A stretch of DNA of 63,020 bases, filler included, from Folioceros fuciformis (GCA_049999805.1; 4 parts of 3 records of this genome joined end to end with filler, not necessarily neighbours in it); one strand, 5' to 3'; shown: positions 42,760 through 57,780, counted from the whole stretch's first letter. Notes: generated from the sequence alone by a model not told the origin. Program-made: numbers and translations.

Positions 42760-42859
42760 NNNNNNNNNNNNNNNNNNNNNNNNNNNNNNNNNNNNNNNNN
42801 NNNTTAATTAATTAANNNNNNNNNNNNNNNNNNNNNNNNNNNNNNNNNNNNNNNNNNNN
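42760..42859. other. Artificial scaffold-join linker
   Basis: N44-TTAATTAATTAA(42804-42815)-N44. Confidence 0.95.
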
Positions 42860-44448
42860 TCCCTTTGCTGCTCCCTAGGTCTCTGTATCAACGGGGTGTC
42901 ATCTTCATCAGACTCATCATAGGCTGCCATGGCTGATTCGGAATCAAGTGGGGACTCCTCATCCATAAGAGGGGTCGACACTCCACTGGAAATAAAAGCC
43001 TCCCCCTACAACGGGACAACTACAAAAGGTTGTTCCGCCTCCTCCAACTCCTCTTGTGTTAACAACCTTTCTGTCTTCCATAAGTGCACCAAGTAAGTCG
43101 AGAGGTAGCAAGGACGTGCACTCCCCCCCTCCCTACCGTTTGGCTTGAGCAACTTCTCCCTGTGGTAGGTATACGCCTCATACATAATTAACCCCCAGTC
43201 TGGCTTGGCTCCTTGAGTCACTCTCCAAAGGAAGTGGAGTAAAGCATTGCTGAAATATGAGGTGCGTTGATAGTTCACCAATCCAAGAACCACCAAGTGA
43301 ACAACCGCCATTTGAGCTCCTTAATCCTCTCAGTCCTCCACCCATTCTTGGTTCTTGCTAGCTCTCCTCCCAACAGCAATTCTAGTGCCCCAAATGGTAG
43401 GGTGGTGGTGGGTGACCTCCGCCCATCTATGGTTTTATCCAGGATCCCAATACCATCGCTCTCCTCTTCCGATCTATCATACACCTATCGGATGCTCCGG
43501 ACAGTTCAACACCGAGGGTCAATCCTCGCGTTTCGTTCAGGTAGGGCTTCCAACTCCTCCTTCGATTGCTGTAGGTTGGTATAGCACTCCTTCACTAAGC
43601 CTTTATGAACATACGACCAGTGTCTGCCATATATCCAGTCAAGCTGGATGTTTGCGTCACATGCCCAAGTCCGTAGGTCTATCAAATCCCTTGAGTTCAG
43701 TTAGCCCCCAAAGCAAGAAAAGGACGGAACATTGGTTTGGGGAGAGATGGCTGCCCTCGTGGGTCGTCCCCTACTACCGGAACCCACTTGAGTATTGTTG
43801 GAGGTCCGCGCCATAGTTGATAGAAGAAAACCCCAAGAATGTCGGTTGCCCTCCTTTACGCAAGGTTATACCCTTACCTCTGTAGGCAACTGCTCCCAGC
43901 TTCTGTGCAGCTGATTTCACGTCCCTTGCACGTTTCTCCCTATGGCTCTCACCATAGCAAAGCCCTTTCTCTCTCTTTGAGTCCGCTTGGTCACAACAAG
44001 TAGGTCCCCGGCGTAGGTGTCTTGTCGCACAACTACTTCCTTATTCCCCGCTATGTAGGTAGATGTAGTTCCCTACGTGGAGGTGAGCACCCTTTGTTGA
44101 TGGGACACCTTAGGTAGGGACCCCTTTAAATACCCTCTTGTCATAGGTATACTTCTATATGTAGTAACTGCCCTTAATAGATACCCTACATAGGTATCCC
44201 CTTTTATGTAGGTAGCTTGCCCTTCACAACTATATTTCTTATTTGGGTACTACCTCCCATAGAGATATCCTCCCTACGTGGGCATACCTCCCTATAGGTA
44301 GCCATCCCAAAGAAGGTAACTTCTTTATAATACTACCCCTTATTATCGCCACTCATCTAACCTACCAAACCAAGACCAAACAAAATTGAAAATGTTATTA
44401 GCCGCTCCGTACCTATTGCGAGTATTTGCCAAAAACCCACATTCCACA
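42860..44448 (-). mobile_element. Second copy of the Gypsy LTR-like sequence (>=1.59 kb, truncated by the gap), inserted ~40 bp downstream of a PBS
   Basis: Reverse complement begins tgtggaatgtgggtttttggc exactly as at 22499, with a different flank; colinear with 22499-23899. Confidence 0.8.
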
Positions 44449-44486
44449 AACAATTGCCATGTGCGCATTCAGGAACGAGCCTCGCA

Positions 44487-44714
44487 GCTCTGATACCAAG
44501 TTAAGTTTTGGTATGCACTGACACATTCACTGATCGATCTTCGCACGTGCCAAACATTGCAACAAAAACGGACTTGAATACAATGAGGGCCAGGAGCTTG
44601 TATCCTGCACTCGTGAAATGGTTACATAACTGTATTTAGGGTTTACCCTTTGTTTTAGGTATAACCCAATGTATAACTATCTGTATATTGTTATTATTGT
44701 TATTATCTGTAACA
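44487..44714 (-). mobile_element. 5' LTR (~44499-44714) and tRNA-iMet PBS (44487-44498) of a minus-strand LTR element
   Basis: Minus strand reads tgttaca...taact followed by TGGTATCAGAGC. Confidence 0.7.
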
Positions 44715-47030
44715 ACTGTCATGTTGTTTTCACCAAGATAGATTGTCATATCATAGATGCTTTTGATTCTAGAAAAGTACTTGCCTATGGGTCTTCATAT
44801 CATGATTTGTTCGGTCTTCACTTGAATAGTGGAATATCATAGTCTCATATGACTCAAGATACCTCTCTAGCCTCTGCACAACAAATAGCAAAGTCTGAGT
44901 TGTGGCATGCACGTTTAGGTCACCGTCACATGGCAAAACTTTAGAGGTTAGCTGTTAGTGACCTGTATCAGGATTGAGCTATTGGTCCTTTGACTCCCAT
45001 ACATTTATGTGAAGCTTGTGTCTTGGAAAAAAGGCACCAATCTCCTTTCAAAAACAAGGCTTCTCAACGTGTAGTAGACTTGCTTGAGCTTGTCCATACA
45101 GACCTGTGTGGACCCTTGTCACAAGAGTCCATAGGAGGTGGGCATTACTTTCTAACATTTATAGATGACAAGAGCGAATTTGTCACCACCGACATTCTAA
45201 AGAACAAGAGTGAATGTTTTTCTTACTTTAAAGAATACATCAAGTTCGCAGAACGATGGAGAGGAAAATAGCTCAAGACTCTAAGATCAGATAATGGAAG
45301 GGAGTTCACATCTAATGAATTCCAGCAGTTCTGCAAGGATGAGGGCATTGGACGTCAACTTCCAGTTGTGTATTCTCCACACCAAAACGGCGTGGTAGAA
45401 CGCTTGAATCTAACATTGCAAGAAATGGGTTCTTTCTTGTTACATGATGCTGATATGCCATTACCTTACTAGGTTGAAGCTTTGATGACTTTAACATCTC
45501 TTTGGAATAGATTACCTACATCTGCTGTTGATGGTCAAACCCCTTATGAAGCTTTCATTGGCATGAAGCCATCTATTCAACATTTGAGAGTATTTGGCTA
45601 TCTTGCTTCTGCCTTCATACCTAAACAGAAGAAAAAAGCTTTCAGACAAGGCCCGTAAGTTGCTGATGCTTGCATACACAGAGGGAATCAAAGCCTATAG
45701 GCTATATGATGTCCCTTCTAATACTATTATCTATGCATGAAGTGTCACATTTGATGAAACAAAGACTTGGGTGTCAATGGGAGCTCACCGTGTGCATGAA
45801 TCAGATGACAGTGAGGAAACTTTGGACTTTTCTCATTTCGATCTCACAGACCATGGTACTCAACATCCGGACATTGTTCCTACAAAAGGGGAAAATATAG
45901 TAGCAAAGCAGCCCACAGAATTAGAAGCTGCCTTGCCTAATGTGCATTACCAATTTCCTCCTTTTGATAGCCATGCTGATGACCAGTCTCTTGGTGGGGA
46001 TCCTATTAATCAAGATCCAGATCTAGACTCCAAACCTAATGAGCAAGTTGACTTTGCTGATCAAGCTGATGACCCACTATCTCAAGATCCAGAACCATTA
46101 TGTGAGCTAGAGCCTGATCGCCATTATCCTACTCGAGTACGGCAGCCTCCTAATTATTATTAGTCTCTTGACTTCATACCTTCTTCTACTCATGTGAATG
46201 CTTATCATGCCATATCCCTTGATCATGCGGAACCTCAATCATATGAAGTAGCATTAAGCAGACCTAACCACAAAGAGTGGGAGAAAGCTATACAATCTGA
46301 GTATAATTCTCTAATTGAAAATGGTACATAAGAATTAGCTAAGTTACCTCTTGGAAGAAAGATGGTATCTTGCAAATGGGTCTTTAAGTTGAAAGTCAAA
46401 GCTGATGGTACTTTTGATAGGTACAAGGCACGTCTCGTAGCATGTGGATTCTCACAAGTTCTAGGTGTTGATTATTTGAAGACTTTTGCACCTGTCATAA
46501 AACTTTCAACATTCAAAGTTCTGTGTGCCATATGAACTTCAAATGTTTGATGTGAAGATAGCATTCCTAAATGGCAAGCTAGACACAAAAATTTACATGC
46601 ATCAGCCTCCTGGCTATGAAGTTAAAGGAAAAGAGGACTACGTGTGTAAGCTCAACAAAACCTTGTATGGGTTGAAGCAATTAGCTATGACCTAAAATGT
46701 TGTGCTTGATGCTGAACTTCTGGCATTTGGCTTCACCAAGAGTCAAGCAGATGGCAGCCTGTACATTTACAACAAAGGTGATATTGTTTGTTATCTAGTT
46801 GTGTATGTGGATGACCTAATATTATCAAGCAATAATTCAAAGTTTATAATTAAGGTTACTGACCTTCTTGCAACTAAGTTTAAGATGTCAAACCTTGGAC
46901 CTCTTCAAAGCTATCTTGGAATACATGTACAGTGCAACAGAAAGAAAAGGGTTATTACACTTTCTCAACCCAGATATTTATTGGACAGTGCTGAGCAGCT
47001 AGGCTTGAAAGATGCAAAGCCTGCTACTAC
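44715..47030 (+). mobile_element. Degenerate Ty1/Copia pol (GAG-pre-integrase, integrase, partial RT)
   Basis: LWHARLGH, CEAC, LELVHTDLCGP, YFLTFIDD, SDNG.EF, CKWVFK, YVDDL; many stops; interrupted at 47031. Confidence 0.9.
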
Positions 47031-47230
47031 TGTTGGGGAATTAAACCCAACACGAGTCTTACTCAAGATAGGTAGCTTGAGGGTTAAACTATCTAACTCA
47101 AAAGACACATACAATTTGTGTATAAAAGGACATCTGTTCATTTTTATATATTACATTACTTTTACAAGTCTTGTTTCTAGTCTTAGATGCTCTAGTCAAG
47201 TAGAAGATATAATTGTCATGGTATCAGAGC
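47031..47230 (+). mobile_element. LTR (TG...CA, 47031-47218) plus tRNA-iMet PBS (47219-47230) of a nested element
   Basis: tgttggggaa...attgtca immediately followed by TGGTATCAGAGC; interrupts the upstream RT frame. Confidence 0.8.
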
Positions 47231-48251
47231 CATCGATGCTCTGAGTCTTCTGCTGTATTTACTAATTGATGTGTCTAGTCTAGGATCTCAATAGTCATAG
47301 ATGATAGTCGCATTAGTTTCTAGCCCTAGTGCTTAAAATGCCTAGAAGGGGGTGATAGGCGTAGCAACAGGCTCATTCCTACACCTCCTTGGGCTGCCAG
47401 GGCCGATTATATTCTAAGGCAACACAATAATTTGGATCTTGAGGTTCAGATTCAAGACAGTGAGAGACAGAATGGAGTGAGAGAACGTTTTGTCTCTCAT
47501 TCGTACTACAGTCGTGTGTTTGCCAGATGTCTTGAGATTGAGAGGAGGAACCTTCTGCAATCAAGGATTAATAGAGACAATCGGTCAGAAAGAGTTGACA
47601 AATACATATTTGATCAGTTGGACAGTACAAGACGTTCTTTTGCAGATAAGAGATTCTCTTCCAAGTTGGACAGCATTGAAGCCCTGATGACACGGTTGCT
47701 TGTTCAGACTCAACCAAAACTTGAACAGATTTCTTCTAATGTGGAATCTCTCCAATCAGAAGTCAATCTACTTGCCAATGAAATTGCTAGTCTCAAGGTT
47801 TCTAGAGAATCTTCAATCTTTGTTGTTCAGCCGGTTGCAGCCCTGTATCTGAAATCACTCGTTCCCATGAGGGAGGAATCAAGTGTTGGAGATCATCAGG
47901 GTGCAACAACTACCAAGATTTGAAGCGGTGCATTACAGCATTTGGGATCTAGCGTGGTGAGAAGGGAGCGCTCAATAGGCACATTCCTGAGTTGTACCTT
48001 TTGTTGTTGCTTCCACGTGTCTGGATCCGACTACTGTTTGCCTCTTCGTTGCTGGAGTCGCGTCTCTTGCATTCTTGGTCCCCTGCCACTGAAATGTGAA
48101 CCATTATTCAGTTAAAAAATTCACATGACATAGTTTTAGGGTTTTTTCTTAAAAACTAAAACTAGAATTCATGAAATGTTTTTCTTAATGTACCGGTTCA
48201 TACCTTTACCTATCTCGTCAGGCTAGTTGTACCCTTTTGAGTGTGTAGCTT

Positions 48252-51200
48252 ATGTTGCAAGTAGACTCAGATAGTGATTCAGATTTGGACCAATTTTCTT
48301 GGCTGTACTCTGATCCATCACTTCCTATCACTCTTGTTAATCCAGTACATGTTCAGCCCGTCATGGCATCCATTCCAGTCGCTTCCCCATCTACATCTGT
48401 TGGATCCCCTTATTCATGTGAGTTTAAGGAGAAAGATAGATTTGATGGGAGACCCATCAGGTTTGAGAGTTGGAAGGCGAGAATGAAAGCTAACCTGGAT
48501 GCCAGGGATGTGTGGGAGAATGTGGATGGATCCATACCCAATCCATTGAAGGTACCTAGCACAACAATATCACAACCAACAGCCGATGAGATAGCAAAGT
48601 GGAAGAAAGGCAACAAAGTAGCTTTTGCTATTCTATTATCTGGACTAGATGAGTCGACTGTAACGGAAGAGGACACCTTGGAAACAGCTGAAGCTGTTTG
48701 GAAGCAGTTGTCTGATACTTACCAGGTGCAAAATGTTTGTACGATGATCAATGCTCGTAATAATTTTCACAGTCTTAGGTTGAAGGAGGGGGAACCGGTT
48801 GGAGCTCATATCACTAAGTTGAGGCACCTACGGGCACAACTTGCCGCGTTAGGTACCAAGATCAGTGAGGTGGAGATGACTGCTCAACTCTTAGCCAACC
48901 TGCCTTCGTCCTATCAAACATTTATCTTCAGTCATAATGCCACCTTGCGCGATGCACATAAGGCTGCAGCAAGTGGCCAACCGTCATCATTAAATCTGAA
49001 TGAAATCATAGGAGCTCTCTTGCAAGAAGAACAAAGCCACCTATGTACCCATTCAGCTCCTCGCCTGCGAGGGGAGAAAGTCTTGTTTGCCTCCAAAGGA
49101 AAAGGACAGTGGAAAGGAAAAGACAAGGGCAAGAAGACCCCCACATCTTCTACCTCCTCGTCAACCTTTCTGACCAAACGCAGTGATAACTGTAATTGGT
49201 GTCAGATTCCCGGTCACTGGGAACGTGACTGTAGGAAAAAGAAGGTAGGTGAGCCTAAGAAGGAGCCTAGATCTAAAGCTCACATTACATCTAAGGAGAA
49301 CAAGACCTCCGGATCTCAACATAAGAGTGGGAGCACTATACTTACAGTCTGCCTCACCTCTTATAAGGATTAGTCTTCCTCCTGGTTCGTGGACTCTGGC
49401 GCAACAGCTCATGTCTGCAACAACCGAGAACTTTTCTCCACCCTACACAAACAGCAATCACCTCAACTAGTTTATGTAGGTGATGCTCGTGGTGTGAAGG
49501 TTAAAGGAACTGGTTCAGTTAACATACCTCTTTCTGGTGGATCAGTCTTGCATCTGGATGATGTACTTTTTGTCCCTGAGATGAGTAAGAATCTTCTATC
49601 CATCAGAGCTCTTGTTCAGAGTAAGAAGTATGGCTTTAAGCTTGAGAACATGAAGTGTTATATCTACCAGCAATCTCTTCTAGAAGTCTTTGTTGCTAAG
49701 GCTGTACAAATCAATTGATTTGTATCAGTTAGTAACAATTCATCACTCCAAAGTGAGGGCTCTTGTGGCTGCCAGTAATTTACAGGCAAGTCTTTGGCAT
49801 GCACGTTTAGGACTTGTTAACAGGTCTAAGTTAGACCTCATGTCCTCGTCTAACTGTTACAGAGAACACCTTCCACCCTGCTTTAAGCATCTTGAGGCAT
49901 GTCGCTCCTGCATATTATCTAAGCAAAAAGAGTTACCATTCAAGAATAAAACAGCAACCAGAGCCAAATCTGTCTTGGAGTTAATTCATGCAGACATAGC
50001 TGGTAAACTCCCTGTGAAATCTCTGGGCGGCGCTGAATATTATCTCACGTTGACTAATGATTTTTCACGCTACACTTGGACTTTTCCTCTTAAGCTTAAG
50101 AGTGATGTGTTTGATACCATTGCCTCCTGGATTCCAATGCTACAACGTCAAACAGGAAAATTAGTAAAGTGCTTCCGTATAGATAACGGAGGTGAATTTA
50201 CAAGCAACAGGTTTGATCATCTTTTCCAGCATTTTGGCATCATGAGGCAGCTATCTGTTCCATACACTCAACAACAGAATGGTGTTGCTGAGCGTAAGAA
50301 CCAAACTCTAATGGGAATGACACGAAGCATGCTTTCATGGTCATCCTTACCTAAAAGCTTCTGGGCTGAAGCTATTGTTGCTGCCACATATATTTTGAAT
50401 CGCGTGGTTACTGTAGCTCTACCAGGTCAAACTCCTTATGAAGCCTTTTGGGGTAGGAAACCCAGTCTTCTACATCTTAGAGTATTTGGATCTCCAGCAT
50501 TTGCTTATATTCTTGAACCCAAGAGGGGGAAGTTAGATGCTAGGGCTAAACCCCTCATTTTCTTGGGTTATTCAGAAGAGTCCAAAGCTTACAAACTATT
50601 CGACCCTAAAACTTCAAAAATTACTCTCTCGTAGTGTTACCTTTAGAGAGTTGTCATCTCCTTAGCCAGATCTGGATTCTCATCCTGTAGACTCGTCTGT
50701 GGACCCTGATCAGTCTGTAAATGCCCCTCCATACACCTATCCAATGTCAGATGGTGAGTCCTCTTCACCACGGGAATTTGTAGGTGGAGATGCTACTGAT
50801 CAGGATGCTACAAATCACTCTGGAATTCAACCTTGAACTCAACAAGCTAATCTACCTATTGGTGCTGATGAAGATGATGTTGTTCCGGATTTCTATGGAC
50901 TGAACATCGATGATGACCAGTCATTGCGTGATTCTGACCAGTCGGAGGATTTTGATTAGGCTGCTTCTGAAAGTGATTCCACACAACAAAGTGAAAGTGA
51001 GATTCAGGCAGAGACTACTAGATATCCCACTTGTGAAAGACGAACAAGGGAAAACTGAATCAACCCACCCTATCAAGCTGAAGATTTTTGCAAGCCAGCT
51101 GCACATGTATATGATCTTTATGTTCCAGAAGTTCGACCAGATCCTCAGTCATACTTGGAGGCTCTAAACGGACCTGATGGAGAACACTAGCGCAAATCAA

Positions 51201-52727
51201 TAGATGATGAATATAACAGCTTGATCAAAAATAACACTTGGAGTTTGGTTGATTTACCATTGGGCAGAAAACCTAGTAGCTGCAAGTGGGTATTTGAAAC
51301 TAAACTGAATTCTGACGGCACTATAGCACGTTACAAGTCCAAGCTGGTTGCTAGGGGTTTCAGCCAAATTCCAGGAATTGACTTTGGTGATACTTTTTCC
51401 CCGGTTGTGAAGCCACCCTCAGTTCGTATCTTACTTGCAATGGCCGCAGAGTTTGACTTAGAAGTCCACCAGATGAACGTATGTACTGCCTTCCTTCATG
51501 GTGAGCTTGAAGAAACTCTGTTTATGGATCAACCTGAGGGCTTTGTTAGCAAGAAGGCCTACGAAGGTTTGTAAACTCCTTAAAACAATATATGGGCTAA
51601 AGCAAAGCCCACGAGCTTGGTATAAGCGTATTGTTAAGTACCTTCAGACACTGGATTTTCTTCAAAGTCCAGCTGACACAAATGTGTTCTACCTCGCCAC
51701 TGGTGCCTTTTTTGTTATCTTGGCTCTGTATGTTGATGATTGCGTCCTGCTTAGCGATGATATAGGGAAGTTAAACAAAGTTAAAGGCATGCTTCGGCAG
51801 GAGTTCGAAATGTCAGACCAAGGTGAACTACAGTTCTGCCTCGGTATTCAGATTCTACGTAATCGACAGGTAGGGCAGATAATCTTACACCAAACGAAGT
51901 ATGTGAAGGAGATCCTTAGGCGTTTCAATCTTGATGAGGCTTGTCCTGTCTCCACACCTTCAGCAGTTGGGGAGAAGCTCACACGAAACATGTCACCCCA
52001 GCTGTCTGCAGACATTGAGGACATGGCTTCTGTGCCGTATGCTGAAGCTGTGGGGTGCCTGATTTTCCTGGCCAATTGGATGCGCCCCAATATCAGTTAT
52101 GCTGTTAGTCAGGCTTCTCAGTTTCTCAAGCAGCCATGAAGAGTTCACTAGGCTGCTGTCAAAAGAATTTACAGATATTTAAAGGGGACTATTACTTATG
52201 GCTTGCATTATACCTCAAGTGGGAGAAAGAAACTGGAACTTATCTCATATGCCGATGCTGATTGGGCATCTGACGTAGACACTCGCCGTAGTTTGTCAGC
52301 ATATTGCTTTCTCCTAGCTTCAGGCTCTGTGAGTTGGAGCTGTAAAAAACAAACCTCCTTGGCTTTGTCCTCAACTGAAGCTGAATACAAGGCCCTCACG
52401 GATGCCTATAAAGAAGCTGAATGGCAGAGGCAATTCCTGGAGTCAGTGCAACCACCACAGTTTGGACCAACTAAGTTACACTGCGACAACATGGGTGCTA
52501 TAGCCCTTGTTTCCAATCCCAGGTTTCATGCAAGGACAAAGCATATAGAGCTTTATCATCCCTATGTCTGGGATGTGGCAAAACGAGGAACAATCAAAGT
52601 ACAGTACATCAGCACTCACCTGAACACTGCTGATCTTTTCACAAAAGGGCTCCCAAAGGCCAAACATTTTCAGCACATGGCTGCATTAGGTCTGAAAGAC
52701 TTCAACTATCCTAAGAAAACAACCTAA
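48252..52727 (+). mobile_element. Ty1/Copia gag-pol, near complete but disrupted
   Basis: UBN2-type gag, zinc knuckle CNWCQIPGHWERDC, protease DSGATAH, integrase IHADIAG/DNGGEF/NGVAERKN, RT YGLKQSPRAW/YVDD, RNase H YADADWA/SSTEAEY/TADLFTK; several stops and frameshifts. Confidence 0.95.
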
Positions 52728-53049
52728 CTATGCTACGTAGAGCCATGGCTTATTCCTGGAAACTGTTCTGGTATTCTGTTTTGCGTTGTGTGAATTGTGG
52801 GAGAGAGCACGGGAGCGAGAGCGCACGAGGCACAAGGGGCAAAGGTAGTTATCGTTGTTATATTAAAGAAAAAAAAATGAAAAAGAGTATATATGAGTAT
52901 TTTAAAAGAGTAGTTATAACTGATTATGAAACTACTGACCTAAACTAACATAATTTCCTTTACTCCCTCTTAGTTGAAATAATTAGAATAAAGGATAAAA
53001 TATGCAAACTAGGCTAGTGAAAACATAACACTAAATCTCAAACATACTA

Positions 53050-56000
53050 CTAGCTCCCTCTTAAACTCCAAAAGAGGGTGATGTCCTTGCTGAAAAGCGC
53101 ACGATTAGCACAAAACATTGCAGCTTCATCCACTGCGCTAATCAACATTTAACTTTAGTGTGCAGTACCAACTTTGGTCACTGCAGTAATGGACTTGAGA
53201 CCTGCTGCTGCGGAGTGCTTGCCATGAGAAACTTTTGGTAGTGGCTTGGTCAAAAGATCCGCTATATTGTCACTTGTTGGAATATAATGAACCTCAACCT
53301 CGCCTATATCAGCAGCTTGTCTAATAAAATGATGCGTTATTTCAATATGCTTTGACCTCGCATGAAATACCGGATTCTTAGAAAGTGCAATTGCTGATTG
53401 ATTATCGCACCACAAAGTTGTAGCCCCTATTGGTAACTGCTGAATTCCTCTAAAAAATGAGCGTATCCATATTACCTCTCTAGCAGCTTGAGATAAAGCT
53501 CCATACTCTGCTTCAGTAGATGAAAGGCAAATGGTAGACAGCTTCTTACTAGACCAAGAGATGGCTGACCCACCAAGTAGATTGCAATATGCTGCCACAC
53601 TTCTTCTACCATCTGGATCGCCAGCCCAGTCGGCATCGCAATATGAAGTGAGCACTAATCCATTAGGCTGCTTAGTATAGGTAAGTCCTAAACTAGAAGT
53701 CCCCTTGAGGTACCCCTTTTAACTGCCGTCCAATGGGCTTCCCCTGGGTTCTCTAAGAATTGAGATACACTATTTACGGCCCTAGAAATATCCAAGCGTG
53801 TCCAAGCAGCAAGATAAAGCAAACAACCCACTGCTTGTCTATAAGGACGTGTTGCCATCAAATCCTTCTCTGCTTGTGATGAAGGGCATTGCTCCTTAGA
53901 GAGTTTTTCACCTGTTGAGATAGGGGTAGAAACGGGGCGAGCATCAGCCATGTTAAACCGCTGCAAAAGCTGGTGAACAAAATGCTCCTGATGAATCTCT
54001 ATGGTGTGCCTGTCTTCTGAAAAATGGAATTGCACACCAAGCGAGAAAGTAAGCTGGCCCAAATCAGTCATCTCAAAATGGGAAAGGAGAACACCCTTAA
54101 TCCTGGCCATTAGTTGTGCTGATGTACAAAACAAGAAATTATCATCAACATAAACGGTTAGGATAAGAAAGTTGTCTCCTTCCCACATAATAAATACACT
54201 ATTATCTGCATCCAAACAAGTGAAACCCAATTCTACCAATAAAGCATGAAAGGTTTCATTCCATGCTCTGCTAGACTGCTTGAGGCCATACAATGTCTTC
54301 AGCAACAAGCAAACTTTGTCCTCATCAACTTCAAAGCCTTCGGGCTGGCACATATAAATTTCTTCTTGCAAAGAACCATTAAGAAAAGCTGTTTTAACAT
54401 CTAGCTGATGAACTAAGAGGCCATAATGAGCAGATAAAGCCAGCAAAATCCTTATCGAAGTAGACTTTACAACTGGAGAAAAAGTCTCTTTGTAATCAAG
54501 TCCTGCTACCTGGCTGTATCCTTTCGCAACTAGCCTTGCCTTATAGCGACCTATGCTGCCATCAGTATTAAGCTTTTTCTTAAATACCCATTTACAAGCA
54601 ATTGGCTTACGACCTTTAGGCAAAACCACTAACTTCCAAGTTTGGTTTGCTATGAGAGAATCGTATTCAGACTTAATGGCCTTTTTCCATTGCTCAGCCT
54701 CAGGGCCTGTAATTGCTTCTTGATAAGTAGCGGGTTCAGAAATATCAAAATTCTGATCTGAAACTAGACCAGCTACAAAAGGTGGTTCAGACCGTTCACT
54801 ACGAGGTGGTCTATGGTGGCTAGATCTACGCAAAACTGGTTCAGGTGTAGGCTCAATTGGATCAGGTGTGGGCTCAGGATTAGACGAAAAAGGGTCAGTA
54901 TCAAAAGAAACAACAATAGGATCAACTTCCAAGGATTCATCTGGTTCACATGCACCAGCTCATCTTCCTAGTGCTTCTCCAGCACCTGACCCTTCTCCAT
55001 CAAATGAGTCCTTGGCAGTTCCCTCCTTTGTGTTGTAGCCTCCCCTGAAGCCGAGGAAGGTGAACTGGAAACATCATTAATATCAAAAATAGAAACATCA
55101 GCATCAGCAGCTGTATTGTAATCAGCTAGATCATCCACTCCATGGATAGAAACAGTAGAATCAAAAGAAGTAGGATCCAAAGCAGCATCATGGCGTCGGA
55201 GAAGAGCATTCTCATGAAATACAACACTCCGAGAAATGGAAACTTGCCTAGTACTTGGATCAAAAAGCTTATATCCCTTTACCTCGTCCGAATAACCAAT
55301 AAAAATACGGCGGACAGCTTTAGGATCAAGCTTACTTCGAAGTGCAGAAGGGATCAAGGCATATGCTGGTGCTCCAAAAATACGTAGATGAGTAATCCGG
55401 GGCTTCTTCCCAGTCCAGCGCTCGTATGGGGTAACCAAACCAAGCTCCTTTGTAGGCAACCTATTTTGCACATAATTAACTGCCATAAGGGCTTCAGCCC
55501 AGTATCCCCTAGTGAGACCGGCAAAAGCTAAACTAGAAAGAGTAGCCTCTTGAAGTGTCCTGTTCTTGCATTCAGCAAAAGCATTTTGAGCTGGAGTATA
55601 AGGAACTGTAAACTGATGAAGAACTCCCTCTCCAGCACAAAATTCGGTGAAGGCATTACTGGTATATTCGCCTCCGTTGTCAGTCCTAAGAATCTTCAGC
55701 TGATGGCCTGCCTGACGCTGAGCAGAAGCTAAATACGTCTGAAAACATGACAGGGCTTCACTCTTGTGGGCAAGAACAAACACTGTAGAATAGCGGCTCC
55801 ATTCATCAATGAAAGTGATAAAATAAGATGCTCCACCAAATGACATGGTCGACGTGGGGCCACAGATGTCACTATGAACAGTGTGAAGAAGACAAGGAGC
55901 TCTTGACAAGTTCTGGTCTTTGAAAGGCTGTGAAATTGCCTTGCTCAATTGACAGGAGTCACAAAAAGCTCTATTATCAAAAGAGAAAGACAAAAGATCT

Positions 56001-57780
56001 CTAAAAACTGAGTTATTGACTAAAGTGGAAAGCCTATTAAAATTCACATGCCCTAATCGGCAATGCCAAAGCTGAGTAGGAGAGAGACCAGAAGCTTGGG
56101 TAACGTTAGCAGTAGCATGTGGATGATACAAAGTTCTCACATTCAAAAGATACAAATCATAGAAAGGTGTCCCTGTGAAAAGGTCAGTTCCAATGCTATT
56201 GCTAATGACTGAACAACCTGTATTGTCAAAACAAACTCTACAAGAGTGCTCCTCCGTGAGCTTCATAACTGACATGACATTCTTGGTCATGGATGGGACA
56301 AACAACACACCTGAGATTGTAAGAGAGGAACTACTAGGAAGCTGTATCTTTACTGATCCTATACCCTTAATGGATAAACCACTGTCATCACCCAAAAGAA
56401 CAAACTGGTGATGAGTTGGGTTAGCATCAAAAACAGTGAAAGCATTCCTATCAAAACAAATGTGGCTAGTTGCCCCAGAGTCGAGGAACCACATGTCATT
56501 CTGGATCTGGATAGAAGATAAGCAAACTGCTAAGATGGCGGGTGGTTTGGGCAGACCTTTGGACGTGGCTACATTAGAAGCTGGAACGGAACTTGAACTT
56601 TCCTTCCGGGGCTCACCAGCCCTTTTCTTCCTACAATCTCTCTCAAAATGACCTGGTATCTTGCACCAATTGCAAGTAAAGTATGCCTTTGAAGGTTGGG
56701 TTGTCGAGAGGTTGAAGCTCCTCCTCGTGCTGAGCCCCAACGTCCTTTGCCATGATTGCCTCCGCGTCCTCTAGAAGCAAACAAAACTCTGCTACCTTGT
56801 TGCATGGTAGGCTTTGACTTGTGAAGGCTCCTACGGCGTTCTTCAGCAATCAAAGCTCCAAATACTTGCTCCAACGTTACATTGGCGCCAGGTCCAGCTG
56901 CTTGAAGAGTAGCATTCTGAGAACTGATAAACTGAGAATAACTATCAGGCAGGGATGCTAGAAAGGAAACAGCAGCTTGAAACTCAGTGAAGGTGGTTCC
57001 GCAATATGCAAGAGTCGTACGAGCTGTGCGAAATTTACTGATATAAGACTCAACAGTCTCATTATCCTTCATACGAATATTGAAAAAATCCTGATGCGCC
57101 AAAACAAGGGAAACAGAACTCTTATCTCTATAGATGAGTTTGAAGTTGTTCCAAACTGCTGCTGAAGTGTCAGCGTCCATAGTGTGCGGCATCATGTTCC
57201 TGTTAAGGGATGCCAAAAGGATTGACCGGGCTCTCCTATCCTTCCTTTGCCATGCAAGAATATCAGCAGCATTTGCATTGTTAGCCTGTGCTGCTGGTTT
57301 TGGTTCTGTCCCGTCCACAACGGACATGAGCTCATGCTCCTCCAAAATCTGGGTCAGCCTCATCGCCCAAATGTGGTAATCATTACCATTAAAGCGATCC
57401 CTGTCCTTGAACTCAATCTTCAAGGAACCTGGAGTGATTGCCATAGCTTGCGCAAAATTTGCAGCTTGTCCAGTAGAAACTCCAACTCCAGCAGCAGGGT
57501 TGCCTGCCGTACTTGCAAGGGTGCTTGCGGAACCAGCAGGGTTGCCTGCTGTAGGAGAAGGAATACTACCTAAGCTTGACCTAGGCTGAGGGGGGTTGCC
57601 CCAAAAACTTCTCAAATAGTCAAAAGAGGGAGATGTAACTTGCTGTTCATCAATACCAGTTGTGGGATCGACAACAGGTGAAGCTGCATCCTCCGGCAAA
57701 TTCAATCTGCCAAGGTCCAAATCTTTGCCTTCATTTGATCCGTCGGACCCTAATGATGGCGAACCTGGCTGCATGTCCAA
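53050..57780 (-). mobile_element. Ty1/Copia gag-pol on the minus strand, tail-to-tail with the preceding element; PPT near 53054-53062
   Basis: gag 56569-57780, CNWCKIPGHFERDC, DSGATSH, VHSDICGP, DNGGEY, YKARLVAKGY, YVDD, YCDADWAGD, IADLLTK; a few frameshifts/stops. Confidence 0.95.

Noticed and set aside
49371..49373. Programmed gag-pol stop read-through
   Set aside because: The element has many other stops consistent with C-to-T decay, and Copia gag-pol is normally a single frame
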